Under the pieces are notes generated by a model. It worked only from the letters and a program-made list of their open reading frames with translations. It searched no databases and was not told the origin of the DNA. From contig NC_087437.1 of NCBI RefSeq assembly GCF_036321535.1, forward strand, positions 4,836,001 to 4,900,000: a DNA stretch of 64,000 bases. The letters run 5' to 3'. Of the stretch, positions 22,285 through 34,200 are shown piece after piece; the first letter of the stretch is position 1, and each line of letters begins with the position of its first letter. Position numbers and translations under genes: made by a program. Source of the stretch: Camelus dromedarius. Taxonomy: Eukaryota.

Positions 22285-25200
22285 ACACAAATTTTACTCT
22301 GCTCAAATCACAGAGACAGCTGGCAACTGAAGTTAAGCCAGTACCAAGTCTTCTAATTTCTCAAATTAAAATGACCACCCCATCCCATAACATGCCATAT
22401 CTTAAAATAAACATTTCTTTTCACATACAAATATTTAGATTGAGCCCTGTGTGAATAACTGCCGTGTGCCAGGCACTGTCCGCGTTGTGCAACAAGAGCA
22501 GGAAGATTTGAAGGTTTGCCTGAAACCCAACTGACACACACTTTTTTACAGCCTGATAAAGGGGCTTTCCAGATAATTCATCTCAGAAGCCAGCACGTCA
22601 ACTGAACACCTGTTCTCACTGGACTGGGTGCTGCGTGGGACATAAGGAACAGCAAGACCCAGCTATGGTGGGAAAGGAACGGCTTCCCTAGCTCACTCTG
22701 GCCACTCCCTTGGCCAAGGGACTTTCACAGTGGTTTTCTGATACACTCAGACCTGCCACTCAGCACCTACAGGCAAACTGTAAGTTATCGCAGGTGAACT
22801 TGTCACCAGGAATCGAAAAACATAAAAATCAACCATATTTGACCTAAATGTCACCGGCTTCTCATCTGAAAAAAAGACACTCAGCTAGAAAGAGGGCCCC
22901 ACATGGTATCAGGGCCTGTATAGCGCCCCCTGGGGGAAGCCAGCAGGAGTCCGGTAGGGGCGGAGCTGCTCCGGGGCCTACTGAGCGCAGACTGCTCTGC
23001 CTCCCTGCAAGGCTGGGCGACCAGGGACACCTCTAACCCAGTTCCTCAGATCAGGTCAACAACGCTGTGCGTCTGAACATGACCTGTGAGAGTCACACAG
23101 AAGACAGCATAACAACAAAGAGGGGGAACAAGATGACTAGAGCCAGGATGATCTGTCCCTGGGACCTCCCCTCTGGGGGACAGCTGTGACAGGCGGAGAG
23201 GAGGGCTGTGAGAGGGCAGGAACCTTGGCCAGTGTCCTCAGGCCTCCAGCCAGTCGGGCTGGGAGAGTTTGGGAGGAAAAAGTCACTTCAAGTAATTTCC
23301 GAAAACCCCTAGGGATCGATTCAAAGTGCCCACGTGGTGGCGTGCCGATAGTTCACTGAGCCCAGCAATGGAATCACGAAACGGTTTCCTTCAGCTTAAC
23401 AACACTACTGAGCATGCCCGTGTCCACAGCAGCACTGTTCATAGCAGCCAGGGAGCAAACAACTAGTTCACAAAGCTAAAGGTTTGAGTTAATGTAACCA
23501 AAACGCGGCCAAGTGCACAGTCTGGCCCGAGTAAACGCTGGAGAAGCCACAGCGCTCCTGGTTGTGAGGTGACAGAGAAGACGAAGCAGAGGAAGCGCCG
23601 CGTCATCTGCTCAGAGCCCTCCCGGCCTCTCCCAGTGACCCGCGGCTTCCCACTCCGCGCCCTCATGTGAGTCTGGAGAGGAGACAGCACTTCCAACAAC
23701 CTACAGGGCAAGGGAGCGGGAACCTTCATCACGCCTCCTCAGTTACTTAGGGCACGGCAGGAAGTGTGGCTGGGGAGGAAGGGGCAGCAAGACAAAGCAG
23801 AAAATTCCATGCCCACGGGGCAGTGTTAGAAAGGATGCCAGGAGCACATTAAGATGAAGATCGCAGGGCACGTGAGCAGAACTGCAGTGGGTCCTGAACT
23901 CGCAATGATCCATGGTGACTGCAGTACAGACCCTTACAGGCATCTTGCTAGACTTCAAATCAGAGGGCTCACAAATTCTCCTGATTCTCAGAGTGCCCCC
24001 CGCCCCCTTACAACATGCTTTGTTTCAAAAATAAATTCTTCTTTCAGCACAGGAAGAATTGGACCGGGCTCTGCGTGAAACTTCCTGAGGTTAACTCCTT
24101 CCCACATTTGACTCAGAGAGCTGTCACACCCTCTTCAAACCGTCTCCTCTCACGTTGGGCATTAAGGGGAGGGGTCCAGAGGCATCTTAAGCTCGAAGGG
24201 TCACTGGAGATTATGAAGCTAAATCCTATCCCACAAGCAATGAAGAACCAGCACGCACACACATCGTCAGCACCGCAAAGTCACAAAGTAAGCAAAGTTG
24301 TAGAAATACCACAGAAATTATAGTTCTTTTATCATCTGCTTAAGACGTCAGAAGCCACTCTGCTCGGGCAGGTCATTTTAAAATTCACAGCACAGGCACG
24401 GTCTCTCCTGAGAGTAGGCTGTAGGGGAAGCTCAAAGACCTTTTTTTTTTAAAATAAAACAAAAGTACATGGAAGAATTCTCTGAATTAAGAAAGGTCTT
24501 ACAGTTTTAATTCTATGATCATCATTATAAGGACCCAAAGTTCTGGGCATTAGGGTGAGTCACCACAAATAGGCAGGAGACATTTTCAGGAAGCAGCCAT
24601 CACGCTGGCTGTGAAGGCAGTACTCACGGCCAAGTGCAAAGGGCTTATTGTTGCTCTATTGTCTGAGTCATTCAGCATGTCTGTGCCAGAGGTTTCCATT
24701 AACTGAGAGAGAAAATGTCAGAAATGGTACTTTTAGACACCAGAGCAGTCAATTCCCTGGCCCCCTCCCCCAAGTTCAAGTTCATTTTAGGGTATAAATT
24801 GATACCTGAATATGAATTTGCAAATCCCAGACCATTGTATTATGAAAACTAAACTCAGCAAGCTTGTAGAACAGATGATCCCAAAGTGCGCTAAGATCAC
24901 AGATGGAGAGCTCTGAGGGAGGGCTATAAACTCAGAGTCTGCGGGGGACGCGATTTCGCGACCACCAGGTCAGAACCTCCCTCCCCGTCACTACCTTGTC
25001 CCCAGGCATGTGTAAAGAAGGCTTCAGCTCCAGGGAGAGCAAGTAAGTAATGACAATACCCTGAACTGTGGGGGCACACTGACTAATACTTACTACGTCT
25101 AGAGGAGTTTCACTTGCAATCTGAAATAAAATTAAAAAAAAATTTAGATGAGGAAGTGTTCGTGCACAGTAAAGGGAGAAATGTTAACTGCATGTCTCTA

Positions 25201-28200
25201 GTTACAGAGCCTTGTTAAACTCTTCTCAACTTCTGCCTCCTTTGCCTCCAAAAATTAAGTCTTTCAAATAAACAATCATACAATATAATAGACCACAAAT
25301 CTATATACGTGGGCCTAAGATTTTAGTCTCAAGATATCACAATAATCTAACCTTATTTCTGTAGCAGGATTCTAAATGCGATATTGACTATGTCAACCTC
25401 CTTTTTCTAGCTTTTATACCCACTCTCCTTGAGTTTTATTTCCCCTTGAAGGGACACAATGTTAATATAATTAAGTCAAAATGAAGAAATCTCCAACTTG
25501 AAGTATCTGCTACACACTTGAGACTGACTGAACATGTCTTTTACTTTCCTTTGGTTTGGCAAAGTGGGGTGAATGGTGTATTTTCAAGAATGAGACCACA
25601 ACTGAAATAAAAAGTTCCTTGGCAGAAGATGGGTCTCCCTTGTCAGGAGAGACTGCTAAAAGATGCGGCCTTTCAGGGCTCCAAATACACAGGGGGACCC
25701 TTCCCCTCACAGGGATGTTTATGTCTCCCACACGGCAAAGTTACAGCTCTTCAGACCCTTCTGGAGAACATAAAGCGGCCAGGGAGGTGATGTTGCGTGG
25801 GCACAGGGCCTCTAAGGGAAGGACCCAGCAGTGCTCCCCAGGGAGCTCACCTTCTCCTCTCTCCTCTCCTTGTGAAAAAGGGAATGAGAGAAAACTTAAT
25901 GAGGCACATACGAATTTAGGAGGTACGGGGATTCTAAACAAGTTGAAAAGCAATGGCATCTGTTTCCTGCTTCACTTGTTCTCACTTTCCTACAGTCAGC
26001 ACAGAACCCCCTCCTGGCACCCCCCGCCACCCCCCGTAGGAACCCGACAGCCTCACCAGCTGAAGACACAGGCGGTGGCCGTACGCGGCTGAGTAGTGGA
26101 CTGCATTGTACCCCTGCTTGTCCCGGATCCCTGGATTTGCGTCGTTTCTTAGTAAGTATTCCAGGCACCTATTACAGCAACACATACTTAGAATTCTAAA
26201 TCCTGCATTTTAACCAATGATGACAACAGAGACAAACTAAAGACTGGTCATTTTCTTACACGTGAGTAATGTAAAAAATCATAAATATAGCCATACTACG
26301 TAAGTTTGCCATTTAAATAACACTGACAGTAAGTTATCATAAACAAACAGGGGAAATGCGCAGGAGAGAATCTTCTTTATTTCAAGTGGACCCCTCCAGG
26401 TCCATGAGCAGCTCAGCCCACCCGAAGGCTGTTGTGGACCGGGTCACTCTCTGACACCACCTACTGCACTGAGACAATGTTTGACAGGATTGCCCTCCTG
26501 GTCGGGGGAGCATCCAATCCACCTAGAACACATAGGAAGTATGGGATCTCATTAGGAAGCTCAAGGAAGGAGGTAGAAATCTCAGGAAGCCAAGGTCAGA
26601 TGCAATGCTTGTGAAGCAGAGGACAGAGTGTGTGGACAGTGCGCAGAGGTGTGCAGGGAACAAGACAGAGCCTCCCGTGGGAGACACGCTTCCACATTGT
26701 AAAAGGTCAACAAGGTTCACAATTTGTTATAATTTTGACAAACTTCATTGTTACTGTAGCAAAAAAAAGTATTGAATTAGAAATTAAAAGATTTATCTCT
26801 AGAGTTAGTCTGATACCAGTGATCTTAGGCAAATCCTTCCATGTTTATGGTGAAATGGTTTCTGTTTATTCATCTGATAGACGGGGGTAGGAATTCAACT
26901 AAATAATCTGAAAGCCATCATGTTCACATTCCAAGTCCACAATTATTCAGTGATAATTCTCTAATGCTGCAATACATCTAACTGAACACAAACTCTACTA
27001 CTGGGTGGGGGAGGGGCGGGGGAATCCATAATCAAATGCTCCTTGTCGAGTTTCCAGATGCATACGCAAGTTACATAAAAACAAGTGGAAGAACTCTGAG
27101 CACTGATGATCTCTTAGTAATTCCATCACATATATGAGGACCACTCTTCAGTGCCAACCCTTATTTCTTTAATGCTGACCTGGTTTAAAATCCTTTAGAT
27201 CTCCTAGGAATTACTTATAGAATCCACATTTATTATGATATCCTCAGTGGTAGCAAATGTTCACCCTTTTGAGCAGGATTTTGATATTTATACAAAGCTA
27301 AAATCATTAGTTAAACATGATAAACTGTCTTCAACAAAGGAGGCAAGATATACAATGGAGAAAAGACAGTCTCTCCAGCAAGTGGTGTTGGGAAAGCTGG
27401 GCAGCCGCATGGAAATCAGTGACGTTAAACCACTCCCTCACACCACACACAAAAATAAAACTCAAAATGGCTTAAAGACTTAAATGTAAGACAAGATACT
27501 ACAAACCTCCTAGAAGAAGACATAGGCAAACATGATGAACTGGGTGCCACCATGATAAAACACCACCACTCAAATGTGACTCTAAAGGAACAAGACTGGT
27601 GTTTCCAGTGTCCCCAGACTAGCTCAAAGGGCACTTCAGAAGTGTGCAGCAGTGTATGGAGCCTGTTTGTATACAGCGTCCTAGGTGCCCGGCTCCAAGG
27701 TCAATGTTCCCTTGGGCTTGGCTGGGAGGACAGGCTCTCTGCCTCACAGCCACAAACAGTTCAGCCAAGGGCTTATCTTTTTCTCTTAAACAACTTCCCT
27801 TGATGTGAACGATAAAACAGAAACAGCTCTCCTTACTGAGGCTGGAATGCAAGACAGATTCTATCAGTGGAACAAACTATTTTAAGATAACTTGCTGATA
27901 CATGAGTACTGAAAAAACGATTTATTTAAGGAAAGCAAAACAAGCTAGGTAAGTTCATGTTTACTTTCTGAAGTGGGAGAGCAAGCCGCAAAGCGCTATG
28001 TGCAGTGACCAGCCACAAGGACACAGCATCAGACGGTCTAAAATAATTTAACCGTTCACATTCACATTACTAGATGACTGGTCTCCTGTAACAAGGCAAA
28101 GACTGAGAGCTGATTTACATTACAGAATTACTTCTACAGGCACCCCTTTTGGATCTTGCTAAGCAATATGAATTCTCCTAATGACTTTGTGAGCATTATC

Positions 28201-31200
28201 TTTAACAAATGAAAAAAAAAAATCACTGAGGTTCAGGAAATTAAATGACTTGCTCACAATCTTCTGGCTGGAATACGGTAAAGCAAGGACAGGACCTCAG
28301 GCCTTCTGTTCATCTAGTGGTCTTTCCATGCGACCAGATGCTCCAGCCCAGCGGTTAGGGAGTGAGAGGGGTGCACGTAAAATACTGAATCACAAAATTG
28401 CTTCATCTTGAAAATCTGGACCTCAGTTTTAATATGCAAATACGGTGGAGGGGGCAGAGTCAATCCAGTTTTTTTTTTTCCTTTTCATTGTCAGTTCACA
28501 AATGCTCATTTTTATAAATCTCGGAAAATTAAGAAACAAAGATAATCTCTCTATAATCTCTCTCCTCCCCCTAAAACAAACTACGTAGGCAAAAATCTAG
28601 AGGAGTATGTATTGCTAAATATCTGAGTGATAAACCATACTTACTGTTAAATATTTGGTTTTCTTCATTTGTTAAACAAATTAAGTATCCCCAAACCAAT
28701 TAGACCCATAATTTAAATCAGGGTGACTTTCACACTACTTAAACCTCTCCTCTTCCCCTACCACCCAGGAACTGTGACCACCTTCTCTGGTGCAAGTGCA
28801 GACCGACTCAAACCCATGTGTCCCATGACCGGTCAGTGCCCTGGGGAAGGACCATGGTCACCGGAGGCCCTCCTAACTCTGCTTACAACATGCCAAGTGT
28901 TGTTCTAAACAATTCAGATATCCTGTACCTCATTCAGCCACGGGAGTGAAGTCAGACTGCTATTCCCAGTTCATAAATGGAAGTGTGCACAGAGGTTAAG
29001 TGACCTGCCCAAGGTCCCACCACAAGTGGCAGAGCTGCTATCAAACCCAAAGGTGTCTTACACACATACACAAGACGGGTTTAACAAGGATGCTTAACAA
29101 AAAGTCGTATATGAACATCAAACGTATTTTGCGATTTCACAATGAAATTAAGACATTTATTCTGGCTTACTGCCAAAAATATCCAGTACTTAGGAATAAA
29201 TCTAAGGACTATAAAAGTTCTAAACAAAAAACTGTATGATTCCAGTTATATGAAGTTAAAAACAGGAAAATAACAATGCTACTGGAAGTCAAAATAATGC
29301 ATTTTTTGTGAAGAATGCCAACCATCTCCATAAAAGTGCATCTCAGTGGAACACATCTCTACATTCATGGACACATTTATATACGACTATGTGAACACGG
29401 AGAAGGCTGCAGACAGACACAAACCAGGCCTGTGCCTCCGATTACACTGGGAGGGACACAGGGTGAGTTACACACGTGTCGAAATACACACGTTAATGGT
29501 GATTATTGCAGAAGAGAAGGCACCACCAGGAGGACTTCTTCCTCATACAGAACCAGGAAAACCCACCCCAGCCTTCCCTTCTGCTACACACCACACAGAA
29601 ATGGGGCAGAGTCTCTGTCGTGCTCAAAGCCAGCCCTCTTCTCTTCAAAAGGCAAAAAGGAAATTTATTTCATACATTTGATACATTTCTCTTGGGTTAG
29701 CAACCATATACTTGACTGCTGAGTCATGACTGTCTACAGAGAACGAGGCACCAGGATGATGGGAGACTAGCAGGATGAGCAGAATGAGTCAGGAAAGATT
29801 TCATGTATTTTTCCTATATTTACCAAAAATAAGGACAGAGGGACACAAGGCAGAGGAGAGCTGTAATTACTTATGAACAGCAGGAAACCAATGGCAGAAT
29901 GTCAAACACTCCAAAAAGAATGCAACTTTCCCTGGGGATGCTGACAGGACATTATCAGTCATTAAAAAAATAACCCAAAAAACAAAACCACCACAAATAA
30001 ATAAAAAACAAACCAACACACATCACTGGGTAACAGCCCTTTGAAGCTATGGGGAATCTGTTTCTTCTTTTAGAAAATATTTCAGTCTTGCTTTGGCAGA
30101 AGTATGACTTAATTATTCCAGATTCTCTTATTATCCAAGCTATGCCTGGGAATTAAACCCTTGGAGTTTACAAAAATAAACCGACTCTTTAATTCTACTA
30201 TTTAGTCCTCAATCATGTACTGAAAGGATGCCTTTGGTATCCTACAATGGTTATGGTGGCTTCCAGCTTCCAGAAGTTTCCTAGGGAACCAATCATTGAG
30301 TCAATAAGTGATGGCATTAGACAAGACCTCTGGGATTCTGACACTTTAAAGATAAGAAAGAGGTTCCAAGAAATAGTGCTAGATTCTTTTATACCCATGA
30401 TCTCAGTCCACCACCTCCCGCCAGTCTAAAAAGTAGGTTTCATTCTAATTTTACAGATAAAGAAGCTTTTGCTTAACAATTACCTGCTCAGGCTCAAAGG
30501 CGTATAATGTGAGGACCCCGAGATTTAAACTGGGTCTTTTGGATCTCAAAGCCATGTTCTTCCTTGTACACCAGGCTGCCTGTGCAGATACTGAGAACTA
30601 ATAAGTATTTAAAAAAGTATCTCTAGTCTACTGCTCAAAACAGTTTATATTACATAAGAAAACGAATAATTTAATTCACTTTCGTACTATGTATACTTCT
30701 AAAGAAAAAGTAGACTGGCTTAAAATAAAACTGCAGACTCAAACATTATGGGTTGCACATTGATATTCTTTTGTTTAGCGTTAAGAATTCAGGTTTCATG
30801 TAATTATCTAAGGCAGGAGGACACGGGGAGATTTCTTTGTGCATGTGTGTGCATATGACCTTGGTGGGGTTTATGGAGACCTTGCTGAGCAACACCCAAA
30901 TGTCTCGGAAAAGTGGTAACGAACTATCTGTTGGTAGTAGTCATTTTAGGTATAGCCTATTTTAAGAAAACCTATAAATCAAATCCTAAAATTATGAAAT
31001 TTATAAATCAGAGGACAATCTACTTACCCAAGTTTACAAAATGTTTTCCAATTCACAAAGTCTTTATTACAGATTTTCTTTAAACCTCTACTATCCAAAA
31101 ACATACTTCAAATAATTTAACTTCTCCCAAAATCTATCTATATCTAAGTATTCTGGTGTATATGAAATTGTATAAAGTGATACATTTCTCTAAACAGAAA

Positions 31201-34200
31201 ACAGTCATCCCTCAGTATGCAAGGGGGATATTTGAGAGCCCACGGGTACCAAAGACTGCAGACCTCCGAGTCCCTTATAAAAAACAGTGCAGTACAAGGA
31301 CAGAGCCCTGCAGTAACACAGCCGGCCCTCCAAATCTGCAGATACGAAACCAGCAGATTCCAAGGGCTGACAGTACATTTTATCAGCAATCTCAAGATGA
31401 GGATTTCAGTCATAAATCCAACATAACAGTGTTACTTACAGAAATGGATTTGAAATGAGTTACAGAACTTATAATAAGTTAATATTGGTGAACAGTACCA
31501 TCAAATTATGCTTTTTATTTTGAGGGTAAAAAAGTAAAATTAAAAACCAAAGAAATAGTTCTAGGCTAAATGCAGCCTCCTTGAGTTCTGTTTTCTACTA
31601 TCATTCCCCAGAAACCATCATCTGCTTTTCCTGCGGGCCCTTGTGCTCCTCACTGGCCCAGACGCTGAAGCTCTCTGCTCTGTCTCCACGGAGATCGTTT
31701 TCTTCCGAGAGGGCAATGCACAGTAAAGTACCATCAATGGGTCTGATCAACTCCGGGTGAAATATTAATTATGAGAGAATTTAAAAATTTCTCACTCTTG
31801 TTTTTATTCATTCTTGGCCAACATTTACTTACTCTATTACCTAATTTGCTTATTTCAGCCATACTGCGTACCAACTATGTGCTGGATTCTGCCAGTTCAA
31901 TTACCCCTTATTTGGATACCAATTTACTAGCATCCCTTGGAAATACGAACTCTCCGTCTCTGAAGGACACTGGTATCCCGCCTCTGCCCAATCTTCTGAC
32001 GGCCCCATCCCTGTATCGCTCTCCCTTCCCCTGTGATACTCTCAGGACTGCCGCCTCTGACAAGTCGGAGGGTGAAAGCACGGAGGTGACAGAGATGTGC
32101 TTTTCCCGGGAGGACGAGAAGGGACCACAATCTGTCTTCTACCTGATGAGTTCCTAAGGCAGGCTGCTGAGTAGAAATAGGTAGTGATAACCATGTTTAG
32201 GAGAGTTTATGAAACCAACTTACTTTCCACAGTAGAGACTCAGGGAAAGACAACACAAAAAAGAAACACAAAATTGCTATGAAAATTGCATCCATTTGGA
32301 AGCCGCTGGTCTCCAGAAATGATACTCCCCCACCCTCCTCACGGGACACTCACTTGCCGTCTGTGTCTGACGTGGCCGCGTAGTGCAGGGGCGTGCATCC
32401 TCTTTCATCAAGGTCATTCACACTTGCTCCCGACCCCACAAGAGCAAACAGGCACTGGTAATTGCAGTTGGCAGCAGCATAGTGCAGCGGAGACCTTTCA
32501 TGCCCAAGTTAATACAAAAAAAAAAAAAAAAAAAAAAAAGTCAGGGACGTAGACTAGGAAACAAGAGCAGAGCTGATCTACCCAGTCAACAAATACTGCA
32601 TTCACAGCAAGCCTGGGATTGCCTTCTGCCTCGTACTGAGACTTTCAAGGGCTGGACAGAAAGCTAGGAGGGGAAACGAAGATGGCAGGGACCCTCTAAG
32701 AACACAAAATAAGACAGAAACACAATTAATTCCTTCCTGGGGCCCAGGCGGTAACAATTTCAGTCGTCTGAGTGAATGATAGACACCCTTCATGTTCTGC
32801 TCCGAAACCTGAACACTGTCTTTTAACAAAGCTTCCCCTACCTATACTGATAAAAATGTGTCATATACAGAGGCAGCAGCTTCTGTCTGGTCTCAGGAGA
32901 GGAACAAAGGGAAAGAAAAAGCAGCATTAGAAACGATGCTGTTACATCAACTCTATGGCAGAGCTCCCTGGTAACGTCAGACTTCCCACACAGAAAACAC
33001 ATCGTTCTGAAGACTGTTCACCATGCAGAAGACTTAGAGGACTGTTTTAATTTCTCAAGACTGAATATCTGTAGCTGATTTCTTCCCAGTTACCGAAATG
33101 AAACAATGTTACTAAATTTAGGAGTTTTTTTGCCTTTAGATTACAAAACTGTGATGATTCCATGACTATTCATTGAAGAAGACAACAGAAAAGCGAAGGT
33201 AGACTTAAGTCTAGAGTTTTCATGGTATAATTTTTTTCTAAAACATCTGCCTGGTGAAATGACAGTACAGCACTATTTTGCTTCACTGGATAACAGCAGA
33301 GTATAGCAATAGTATTTTTGAAAATGCATTAGCCCTCACTCTCAAGCTTCTAAACACAGAATGGCTTCAGAAGCCCTGTGTTCAAGTACTACAAATTAAT
33401 TAATAGAAGCTGGATTAGAATATGCTTACAAAAATAAATTAGCTGTAAAAATACTGCATTCCAAAATCAAACAAAGGGATTTTGGATTTTGTGGGTCATC
33501 TGTTCCTTGGACGAGCAGGCTTACGAGGGCAGCGTGTTGCTCAAAGCACTGAGGGGTCAGACGGCGCTTCTTTTCTTCCACACGCGCTTCCGATTCCTGA
33601 CCGCACGTAACTAGTGACGTCTGCACCCCCGCGCCTCACCCTGACACACCACACACTTTTTTGTCACATGCTCTGATACAGTTCTCAAACTCCGGTCACA
33701 TAAAGTTTTGCTCACATCGCCACCTCTATTTTTCATTTTCTTTTTTTATGGCGGTAATACTGGTTTATGACATCACATAAGTCTCATGTGTACAACATTT
33801 GATTCAAACTCTGCACACACTACAGCGTGCTCACCTCCATTTTTCAAACCAACTCACACTGCCTTCAGTGCCTTCCCTGAGTGGCTCTACCAGACTCTGG
33901 GTCGGTCCCCATGCCAGGTGCTCAGCAGACACCGGTGGCGTTCAGTCCTGCCATCACAGATGCCAGTCCCAGTGAGGCCCGGGCTGAACCCTGAGCATGA
34001 GGACAGGCTGAGTGACTACAGAGGGGCCCCGCCATCCACAGTGCTCCCTGCACTCCCTGTCAGGGTGCGCGGGGAGTTAGAGACAGGAGAAGGAAGCACA
34101 CAGAAATCTGGAACCTGCCCCCACCCTCTCCCTAGTGCTCTGGGACCAGACTCAGGCAGCAGCATCTCTGACAAAGAAGGACCTGAGGGAATGGGGAAGT

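Noticed and set aside
25556..26092. 178-aa plus-strand ORF antisense to an ANKRD28 exon
   Set aside because: Non-ATG start, no domain and no splice support; a chance ORF.
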